Assembly: GCF_006345805.1 (NCBI RefSeq)
Contig: NC_043004.1
Span: 50,530,001 to 50,594,000 of the forward strand
Direction of reading: 5' to 3'
DNA: 64,000 nucleotides
DNA from: Octopus sinensis
Taxonomy: Eukaryota
Positions 53,219-64,000 of the stretch are shown piece after piece (position 1 is the first letter of the stretch; the number at the start of each line of letters is the position of its first letter). A model generated the notes under the pieces. That model was not told the DNA's origin and did no database searches. It was given only the letters and a program-made list of their open reading frames with translations. Both the position numbers and the translations under genes were made by a program.

Positions 53219-54726
53219 CCTCGGCCAAAAGTATTAGGCCACCCCAATGTTTTGGGGTTCTGCTATCTCAACGTTAATGAAACTCGTGCACATGGTAATT
53301 TATGGTATATTTCACAATATACATTAGTTTTAATATCTGGTTGACCCCACTTTAGCATCAATTACGGTTTTTATACTGTACTGTATATGTACAACTAATC
53401 ATGAGTAAGACCAACGTCCAAAATTAACTTATGTTTTCTTGCTTATTTCAGAGTTTTACGCTGAAATATGTTGTAGATACAGTTAATAAACAGTAAAATG
53501 CCTAAAACAAGGGTTTTGAGTGAGTGTGAGCGAGGTCAAATCGTAGCTCATCATGAAGATGGAATGTCTCAAAGACAAATTGCTCAGAAGATGAAATGTT
53601 CTCGATGTGCGGTGCAAACGACTCTCAAGCGCTTTAGAGAAACAAAAGATGTAAAGACAATACAAAGAACGGGTAGAAAAAAGGTTACATCACCTCGTGA
53701 TGACAGATCAATCATCCGTCAGTCGCTCAGAAACAAGAGAAAAACATCGTTGGAGCTTTTTTCGGACTTCAACGAGGCAAGTACTTCACAAATATCAAGA
53801 ACTCTTAGAAGAAAGCTTGTAGAGTACGGTCTGAAAGGTTGTAAAGCCAGCAAGAAGCCATGGGTTTCTAAATCGAATATGGAAAAACGTCTTCAGTGGG
53901 CCAAAAAACCACTCAAATTGGACCAGTGAGCAATGGTCGAAAGTTACATGGTCTGATGAAAGTAACTATGAGGTAAGATAGTAAATGTATTCAGTCAACA
54001 TATAAACTGTATGTAACTGGTTTGTTGCCCAAAATATATTTAAAGAAAGTATCCAACGTAAAGCTAACATTATTTTTCATGTTTTTACTCTGGTTTTCGG
54101 TGCAATTTTCGTGCGTTGCAAAGTTGGGGAAGCATTTAAGGCTGAATGTCTGGTACCAACCGTAAAACATGGGGATGGTTCTATAATGGTGTGGGCCTGC
54201 ATGTCTACCACAGGACCCGGAGAAATGGTTTTATGTCAGGGAAGGATGAATTCAGCTACCTATGTTTCTATGTTATCGGATGTTTTAAAACCATCAATTG
54301 CTAAATTGCATCCAGGAGTGTCGGAAAACAGTGCTACCTTTCAACAGGACAACGCTCCATGTTACTCAGCAAAGAATACTCGTCAATGGTTTGAAACACA
54401 GGGTATTGTTCCCATGGACTGGCCAGCTCAAAGTCCCAATCTAAATCCGATTGAACACCAATGGGGAACTCTTGGTGAAGCTATCAGGAACGCAACAATT
54501 AAAAATAAAGAGTATTTGTACCAAAAGTTGAGAGAAGATTTGGGTAAAATTGCATCTAGCACCCGCAAGAAACTAGTTGATTCAATGCCTAATCGTTTAA
54601 AAGCGGTATTTGATAATAAATGAAGGTTAGCCAGATATTAAAACTAATGTATATTGTGAAATATACTATAATCTACCATGTGCACGAATTTCATTAACGT
54701 TGAGATAGCAAAACCCCAAAATATTG
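53216..54726 (+). mobile_element. Tc1-family transposon with long TIRs and an intron-interrupted transposase (53498-54623), inactivated
   Basis: HTH N-terminus, WSDES, TVKHGDGSIMVW, QQDNAP, WPAQSPNLNPIEH; over 100 bp of inverted terminal similarity; frameshift near 53905. Confidence 0.92.
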
Positions 54727-55472
54727 TGTGCATTTAGCTATAAATAGCAAGCATGATAGTGCTTATCTGCATCACTAGCTCACCTGGTTTCTCAGCTCAC
54801 CTGATTTCTCAGCTCACCTGATTTCTCTTAAAGCTGCTCTTTACCCCTTGGTACTTGTTCCCGATAAATATTTTGGAATTCAAGTTCAAATCTTTTGAGG
54901 ATTACTACGTGTTTTCTATACAAAATGGCTGACGGTTAGTAAGGAGAGACACAAATAAGTGAGAAGAAAGCAAAGGACCACTGATGTGGTCACAGGAGTG
55001 TAACGAAAGAACTCTGGCTGAAATAAGATTAAGATTAATGTAAAAAATAAATAACACTGAAGCAAAGTAACACCAAATATATAGTGCGTGTATTTTTATT
55101 GGCTAAACTGGCAAAATGACCATTCCGAAATATAACAATGTTGTTTTTGTCTCATTTGGTCTAAAGTCGTATGACAACCACCGTTATATATATTTTGTTT
55201 ATTCATTACTGTTTTCAATTTCGTTTTCGTCTCTTGTATTCACATCCGTCTTGTGCGTTCACATTCCTGTCTTCTACCAAGAAATCTAATGCTTACAGCT
55301 TAGTTTTTTTTCTTGGGGCTGGCCGAGTTGGAGCAAATATCAGAATTGAACAGCCGAAATTTGCTATGATGATTCGGTGTCTGACTGAAGATTGAAGGCT
55401 TCGAATGATTTGTCTGTGTTCCGTGTTCGTCCTTCCTGTATTTCACGTTCATTATATATAAAAACATTCATT

Positions 55473-55541
<69 letters not shown>

Positions 55542-55591
55542 TCAGGTTGGCTTGTAAAAATATATAGTACGGATATATATATATATGTATA

Positions 55592-55655
<64 letters not shown>

Positions 55656-55659
55656 CGAA

Positions 55660-56060
55660 GACTGTTCACTGTGATTTAGGTCTGCAATCCTTTGCATGAA
55701 CTTCAAGAAACCTTCTGACCAATTCAATGAAAGTCAGGAAGCTAGAAAGGCCAAGAACAGTGTTGTCCTACTTCAAGAAGTCTGGATCCGTTGAGAAAAT
55801 ATTTTCTAACGAGGGAATCTTCCCCGTGGATGCTTTTGTGAACAGTCGAGATAATCGGTGTATTGCTGAATCATCCTTTCAAGTCAATGGTGTCTTCAGA
55901 AGAAAGCATCCTGCTCAGGTGATGGTTTTAGGAGTTGTGGCATCAGATGGCAAAAAAAAAAAGCCCCTCTGGTGAGAAAATTAGTGCTAATATCTATTAG
56001 AAAGTGTTTAGGTATCATGTCTTTCCTTGGTTTAAGGCTAATAACCATGAAGGTAATTAC
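55660..56060 (+). mobile_element. Tc1/mariner-superfamily transposase fragment
   Basis: KIFSNEGIF.VD..N.RDNR..KHPAQVMVLGVVASDG. Confidence 0.65.
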
Positions 56061-56379
56061 GAGGTGTTATCAAAAGGCTCCACTCTCTACCTCGTGAAGG
56101 CCAACTCCATAGCATCATGACTACACATGTGTATTGCACTGGTGGGCTGTCACCAGGAAAGGTATGGCTGAAGAAACGATTTTTTTTACTCCAAAAGTGA
56201 AATTTTGCCTCAAAGTTATTTCCTTAACTACTAAAGCACAAGTGGTGTTGCTGAAGTAGTTTGTAGCTCATTAGGAAGTGTTGGATGTTGCCTTCGATAC
56301 ATGAAGGTGTCTCCTGGATGCCATGCATTGCTTGTGCTGGGTACAAAGTAATCCCTAGAAATCCATGGTCGGAGCTAAT

Positions 56380-57278
56380 TGTTACAGTGTATCAACTTAC
56401 CCCAGGCATGTAACAACTTACCCCTTCTATTTCAGTTTAACACGTCATGCCTAGAAATCACAACAGGAAGACTCCAAGAGGGGGATACCCTCCTGGTGTC
56501 ATGGAAAGTACCGTCAGAAAAGTTGTGGTTGAAAAGAAATCATTATGGGATGTTGTCGTAAAACAGCGCATAGGGGATGAAATAAATGAGCGGAAATCCA
56601 AACCAAAGAAGGCAACAGGTACAGAAAAGGCAACAAAGGGGAAGGGAAAGTCAACTAAAACAGATAAAGGCAAAGGGAAGCAGCCTCGCAGCAAGCAAGT
56701 CGCCGACTGGAAATGCCTTGTCTGCTCATATTTGTTTTCCAACTCCCTTCCAGGTGAAGAATGGGTGCAATGCATGATCTGTAAAGACTGGGCACACACT
56801 CACTGTACCGAAGGAAGACAGGACTTTCTGTGTGATCCATGTGATGAGAAGTTAATGGAGGGCGATTCCGACGAGATGGCAAATGTAACAATGGGAAAAT
56901 TGGCTGATGAGAATTCTCAGTATCACACTTAGGATATGAGGTGGTTCAAAGCACAGTTAATTAAATAAAATAATACTTCTTAGATGCAAGAAGCAGGAGA
57001 CGTATTCATTTTAAACTTGTTTGTTAACATAATTCCGAGTTATCGACAGTTGTAACAAAGTAACCCAGTAAATGACACAACGTACCTCGCACTCGGGGAA
57101 AATTGTTACAGCTGACAATATCTAATTAATGCTATGTAATTTCTGCTTTTTGCTGGTGATAACAATAGAGATGTTTTACTAATTAAATCTGAAAAAAAAC
57201 TTCAGCTGTGTTCATTTATGTGGGTGCCAAGGCAAAAAAAAAAAGAGAAAATATAACAACTAGACCCCGTCTCCCCTA
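56380..57278 (+). mobile_element. pogo/DDE_1-type transposon deletion derivative with intact 161-aa ORF (56447-56932) ending in a PHD finger
   Basis: MPRNHNRKTPRG N-terminus, Lys-rich linker, CLVC..WVQCMICKDWAHTHC..FLCDPC (C4HC3). Confidence 0.7.
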
Positions 57279-57509
57279 TGAGTCCACACAAGTGTCAAAA
57301 ACGAGTTGTGCCTGCATCTCAAAAGTACTGCCTTGCGACATTATGTGTCATCGCTGAATCTCCCTCAGAACTATGTTAAGAGTGACGCGCGTCTGTAGAG
57401 TGCTCAGTCACTTGCACGTTAATTTCACGAGCAAGCTATTCCATTGATCGGATCAACTGGAATCCTCGTCGTCGTAACCGACAGAGTGCCAGTCATATAT
57501 GTATATACA

Positions 57510-58749
57510 CAGACATGCAGGAAGTAAAAAGCCACCTTTGATTTTCAAAATTTCTAATCTAAGGTCTTAATATGTTTTCAGCGGTGTAGAATTTACAATG
57601 TAATTATTCTCTTTCATTCCAGGTGCCATTATATTAAACATTTGCGAAGAGTAACCATGCCACGCACAAAAAATTCAGCAGAGCTGTCAGATTTTCATAG
57701 AGGTCGTATTTTTGAGCAATCTTAGCCGGCGAAAATTTGCCGAAAATCATCAAATTCCTCTTGCTACTGTTAATAGAATTATAATGCAATTCAAAAGCCA
57801 AGGAAAAGAATCAACAGATTCTCGTCCCGGCCAACCTGGTCCCTCGGAAAGGAAGCTCCGCTGTTTGAAGAGAATTGTGGAAAACTAACCCGTTCGAAGG
57901 CTTCTGACATTACAAAATAGGTAGAAGTTAGCTCAAAACATGTTACATATCTGCATAAGCTTGGGTATTATGGATGGGCAGCTAGAAGAAAGCCTCTCCT
58001 TCAACCAATTAATATCATGAAAAGAAAGAAATGGGCTAAGGAGATGTCAGAAAATTCTAGTTCATTTTGGGATAGTGATTTTCTCATATGAATCCAGATT
58101 TTTTTAAACAGTGGATGTGTTTGGGTCTGGAGGCTTCCCAATCAAGAATTTGATTTGAAACGACTCCAACCAATTGTGAAACATGGCGGTATCTCTGTAG
58201 TGGTATGGGGAGCTGTCACCAGCAATGGTCGTTCTGAGCTGATCGAATGTGTTGGAAACATAAACTCTGAAAAATCGAAATACTTAAGCAAGGACTACTT
58301 CCGATGTATTCACACGATAACATAACGAAAAATGAGTTTTTATTCATGGAAGATGGGGCTCCATGCCACACAGCGAAAAGGGATCAACAATGGTTGACTG
58401 AAAATGGGATTCAAAAGCTTCCTTGGTCGAGTCAATCTCCTGACGTGAACCCAACTGAAAATCTTTAGACCGTACTAGATAGAGCTATACGAAAAACTCG
58501 ACAGAAACCTAAATCTAAAGATGAATTGTTTCGATTGTTGCGTGAAAAGTGGGCAGAAATTCCACAAGAGACAATCACAAAGCTCCTCAGTTCAATGCTA
58601 AAAAGAGTTTCTGAATTAAAAACTGCAAAGAGAATGTCAACTAAATACTAAAGTATTTAGTCCTACCTATCGATTACATTTCAATTGTTTGCTTTGCGTA
58701 TTAAATAAAAGATTTTGAAAATTAAAGGTGTCTATTTCCTGCATGTCTG
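57510..58749 (+). mobile_element. Degenerate Tc1-family transposon
   Basis: TIRs CAGACATGCAGGAA.../...TTCCTGCATGTCTG; remnants [31 protein letters not shown]. Confidence 0.88.
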
Positions 58750-58950
58750 TGTGTGTGCATATATATGTGTGTGTGTGTGTGTGTGTGTTTGTGTGTGTGT
58801 GTTTACGGAGATGTACTTGCATAGCGAGTGACCTGATCTGAGATCGTGTGCTGGAACGAAAACAATTGCAGCGTGGAAGGTGTTTATAAACCATTTAAGA
58901 AACACACAAAAACCGTTAGATTCACTTTAACATTTAAATTTAATTTGCCA

Positions 58951-59057
58951 AAATATTTTCGTCGTTTTGAGACCGCGACCTGTTCACTGACAAAATTCCG
59001 TGCTGCACGGAATTTTGTCAGTGAACAGGTCGCGGTCTCAAAGCGACGAAAATATTT
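58951..59057. repeat. Near-perfect 53-bp-arm palindrome with a 1-nt loop
   Basis: Arms 58951-59003 and 59005-59057 differ at one position. Confidence 0.95.
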
Positions 59058-60240
59058 ATATATATGTTGTATTATATATATATATGCTCACGCACATGCA
59101 CGTACATGCATACTTACATGGATAGATACATTCATGAATATGTACACTCATACATACATAAAAACACGCATACAAGTATTCATACATACATATATTTCTA
59201 TGAATAGGTAATACATACATACACACACGCATACATACATACATACATACACACACAGACACACGCATACATGCACACATACATACATACATACATACAT
59301 ACATACATACATACATACATAACATACATACATACATACATACATACATACATACGTATATAGTTTATTTCTTATATTTTCAAATAGAGCAAAGGTCGAG
59401 AAAATCGGCCACGCTCAGCAATAAAGCAATCGTCACTAAAGTTAGTATGCACCTGCAAGATCTTGAACGGATCAATGACAATTAAGTGACACTCAACGAC
59501 AAAACGTCCGGATCCTCTATTGAGTGGATACTCAATAAAATATTCTACATTGCTCGGACATGGAAACCTTTGAAAACTGCGAACATGTTATTGATTTGTG
59601 GATTACTCTTTTACTTGTTTCTGTCATTTGACTGCGGCCATGCTGGAGCACCGCCTTTAGTCGAGCAAATCGACCCCGGGACTTATTCTTTGTAAGCTCA
59701 GTACTTATTCTATCGGTCTCTTTTGCCGAACCGCTAAGTGACGGGGACGTAAACACACCAGCATCGGTTGTCAAGCAATGCTAGGGGGACAAACACAGAC
59801 ACACAAACATACACACATATATATATATATATATACATATATACGACAGGCTTCTTTCAGTTTCCGTCTACCAAATCCACTCACAAGGCATTGGTCGGCC
59901 CGGGGCTATAGCAGAAGACACTTGCCCGAGATGCCATGCAGTGGGGCTGAACCCGGAACCATGTGGTTGGTTAGCAAGCTACTTACCACACAGCCACTCC
60001 TGCGTTTCAAGAAAAAAAATTAATCGAAGCAAAGGTCAACAAAATACGAAGAACAAATCGATTTGAGACCCTCTCGAATCTATAATGGACGGCCTCCCGA
60101 CCTCACCATATACATCTACTATTTGGAACATCGACGGTAATGATGGCGGTTTTGAGGACAACTTTCGAAAATTTTGCTCTGTCGTATCAGAAAGAAAAAG
60201 TTTGAAGAATGTAGGTATTGTAACACCCTAAAATTCCCAC

Positions 60241-60313
<73 letters not shown>

Positions 60314-60365
60314 CATTATCTATCTATCTATCTATCTATCTATATTTCTTTCTTTCTTTCTTTCT

Positions 60366-60424
<59 letters not shown>

Positions 60425-60444
60425 GTCACTTACTCACTCACTCA

Positions 60445-60521
<77 letters not shown>

Positions 60522-61461
60522 GTGTGTGTTTATATATATATAAATGAATGCATGCATGCATACATACATACATACATACATACATACATACATACATACA
60601 TACATACATACATACATACATACATACATACATACATACATACATACATACATACATACATACATACATACATACATACATACATACATACATACATACA
60701 TACATACATACATACATACATAGTTTAAAGTAAAGTTACCTTCTCAATGTCATGTCGACTCACAAGGGCTGGTTTCCTGATTCCATGGCGTATTATATTC
60801 AGCACCTGGACGGGACGGCGGTCCGTCGCAGGCTTGCACATTTTTGCTAGCTGAGTGGACTGGAGCAACGTGAAATGAAGTGCCTTGCCCAAGAAGACAA
60901 TGCATCGCCCAGTCCAGGAATCAAAACGCCAATCTTGCAGCCATGTGTCCAATACCTTTACCTATTTCTTTATTACCCACAAGGGGCTAAACATAGAGGG
61001 GACAAACAAGGACAGACATAGGTATTAAGTCGGTTACATCGACCCCAGTGCGTAACTGGTGCTTAATTTATCGACCCCGAAAGGATGAAAGGCAAAGTCA
61101 ACCTTGGCGGAATTTGAACTCAGAACGTAATGGCAGACGAAATACGGCTACACATTTCACCCGGCGTGCTAACGTTTCTGCCAGATCGCCGCCTTTACCA
61201 CCTGTGTGTGTGTGTGTGTGTTTGTGTGCGTGTGTGTAGGTATACAGTATCCTCAGAATAGTCGGCTTTAAAATAATCTAAAGCAAAGTAAAGAAAACCA
61301 CACTCATACGATAATCTCAAATAGCTGTGCTCAAAGAAATTATTGTAAACATCAAAGGTTATTCACTTAAAATAACATCCGAATTAATAGGTTATTTACT
61401 TTATTAAGAATTGTATTTACATACATATATAAACATGTTTATTATATATTCAGCACACACA

Positions 61462-61535
<74 letters not shown>

Positions 61536-61694
61536 ACACATACACAGACACACACATTAGCGCATATAAATGCGTCTGTGTATGTATATATATATTCAGA
61601 ATATATATATATATATATAATATATAAATTTATATATATATATATGAATGTATATGTGTATGTATGTGTGTAAATGACACATTATCTCTCTTTC

Positions 61695-61729
<35 letters not shown>

Positions 61730-62133
61730 ATCTATCTATCTGTCTATCTATCTATATACACATACACACACATATATGGACCATCATGTATATATATATG
61801 TATAAGCACGCGCATATACATATATATATACATTTATATAAATGTGTGTGTGTGTTTGTGTGTATACATACATGTATATACATATAGAAGCATACATGTA
61901 TATATATATGCATGTATATATAAATACACACACACACACACACATTCGCCATGGTTGATCGTTAGCCACTACATACATTTTTTTCTTTCCTTGTTTTTTT
62001 CTGTGTCCCTTTCTGTAGAAGAGCGTAGGCTCGAAACGTAAAAGACTTTTTCTATTCCTGAGCGTTATACTAATACATCTGTTTGTTTTGTACACCACCT
62101 GTCTTCGTCTTTTGTATTCTTTTCGTAAACTCT

Positions 62134-62184
<51 letters not shown>

Positions 62185-62597
62185 TTGAATAAAGTTAAAA
62201 CATGTTCTGGTTTTCACACTGTTTATTTTACATGTATATGCATATATGAATGTGTGCATATGTATCTATGTGTGTGAATCTGTTTGTGTTTTATTTGTCT
62301 CCTCTCCTACCACCGCTTGACAACCGGTGATAGTTTGTTTACATCCCTGTTCGATGGAACTCTTGAAAAAGTGGTGTCGCAGCGTAACTGAAACAAGCAA
62401 AAGACCACACACACACACACACCTACACACACGCTCATACATCTATTTTTTTAATTTTAACACACGAATGAATGAGTGTAACGTTTTCAAAGATTATAAA
62501 TTTTGGATGTAAAGATTGTAATATTCTTAATGATGATGTAATTAAAACAGAGTAAACCTAAGAAAATAAACAAAAAAAGTATGACGGATTTACTCAC

Positions 62598-62690
62598 CTT
62601 TGAGTGTGAGAAGGGGAGCAAGCAGCCACAACAATCAGAAGAGCACGAAAGAAAATAAAGTCTTCAGCAAACACGTTTCGACCAACCAAT
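62598..62690 (-). other. Candidate non-coding first exon of ovoA
   Basis: Non-repetitive island ending in consensus AAG|GTGAGT donor; no ATG; link to ovoA inferred from strand and position only. Confidence 0.45.
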
Positions 62691-62719
62691 GATGTCTTCT
62701 GTCTCCTCAAGCCTTTATA
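62685..62719 (-). promoter_or_regulatory. Candidate core promoter: TATAAAG (62719-62713) and Inr-like TCATTG with A at 62690
   Basis: TATA starts 29 nt upstream of the Inr A; a strong splice donor follows 93 nt downstream; GA-rich tract upstream. Confidence 0.45.
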
Positions 62720-63186
62720 TGTATATACATCACGCGCGCGCGCACACACACACACGCACGCGCACACGCATGCATGTTTGTCCTGTTCTTGCGTGCCCTA
62801 ATCTCTCATTTCTTTGTTTCTCTCTCTCTTTCCCTATAAGCATCTCTTCCTCTGCATCTCTCCTTCTTTCCCTCTGTCCCTCACTTCCTATCTGATTCTC
62901 TCTCTAAATCTGCCCCTCTCTCTATCTGTCTCTCTCTTTCCCTCTCTTCCTACCTGCCTCTCTCTATCTATTTGCTTCTCTCTCTCTCTACCTAACTCCC
63001 TCCATCCCCCCTCTCTCTCTCTCTCACACACACACACATTCTTTCTCTCAGATACACTTAGACCTCCATCGTTGCTTCTTATCTTTTTGCGTATGCACAG
63101 AAGAAAAACACAAACACACGGATAATCTCTCTATCTCTCTATCTCTCTATCTCTCTCTCTCTCTATATATCTCTCTCTATCTATCT

Positions 63187-63218
<32 letters not shown>

Positions 63219-63248
63219 ACTATCTCTCTCTCTCTCTCTCTCTATCTA

Positions 63249-63285
<37 letters not shown>

Positions 63286-63339
63286 ATACATACATATATA
63301 CATACATATATACATACACACACACACATATATATATAT

Positions 63340-63712
63340 TTTAACTGTGTGAATTGGTGCATTATCATCCTGAAAAATTGCGTTTCCCTCCGGAAACAGT
63401 TCCGCAACCTTATGATTAATTCGATCAGATAAAATGCTTAAATAGTCTTCACTATTCATTCTGCCACGAAGAGAAGCCATTTGGCCGGCGGATTTCCAAG
63501 ATATAGGCCCCCAGATCATCACAGATCCTCCTCCATGTTCAACAGTTGGAAGAAGGTAGTCTGGGTCAAATGCTTCTTTTGGCTGTCTCCACACATATAC
63601 TCAGCTGGTGGTTGGAAATAAGGTAAAGAATGACTCGTCCGAGAAAATAACATTCTTCTACCGCACTAGGGACCAATTCTGTAGGTGTTTCCATTATTTG
63701 TCCAACCCTTGT
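63340..63712 (-). mobile_element. Internally deleted Tc1 fragment
   Basis: PTVEHGGGSVMIWG..FQDDNAPIH; terminus CAAGGGTTGGACAAATAATGGAAAC. Confidence 0.8.
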
Positions 63713-63719
63713 ATATATT

Positions 63720-63803
<84 letters not shown>

Positions 63804-63840
63804 GTATGTATGTATGTATATTGTCCAACCCCTGTATATA

Positions 63841-63872
<32 letters not shown>

Positions 63873-63878
63873 CATACA

Positions 63879-63909
<31 letters not shown>

Positions 63910-64000
63910 CATACATACACACACACACATGCGAGGCTATAATGGAAGACACTTGCCCAAGGTGCCACGCAGTGGGACTGAACCCGGAACCGTGCGGTTG

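Noticed and set aside
54776-54828. 17-bp tandem repeat x3 (AGCTCACCTGATTTCTC)
   Set aside because: No spacers; an ordinary minisatellite, not a CRISPR array

Overview
This is repeat-rich eukaryotic DNA. The microsatellite density and the tRNA-derived SINE families look like octopus (coleoid cephalopod); that is an inference. The one clear host gene is a minus-strand, intron-rich ovothiol synthase (OvoA, 5-histidylcysteine sulfoxide synthase). I mapped 12 phase-compatible GT-AG coding exons from ATG 41173 to 2823 (1362 nt, 454 aa). They cover the DinB-like iron domain and most of the FGE-like domain; the rest of the gene runs off the left edge. A candidate TATA/Inr promoter and two 5'-UTR exons lie at about 62.6-62.7 kb and 46.8-47.0 kb. 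The introns hold SINEs, LINE fragments (R4/Dong, RTE, L1/Tx1, CR1-like), Penelope-like remnants, Tc1/mariner, pogo, piggyBac, hAT-like and Helitron elements. The most unusual signal is a set of hammerhead ribozyme motifs. They include a non-coding, highly structured 490-nt tandem-plus-inverted element (51959-53167) with three identical complete hammerheads that looks like a circRNA-producing retrozyme, and an intact sense-strand hammerhead in an OvoA intron. All calls were read by eye; no searches or folding programs were run.
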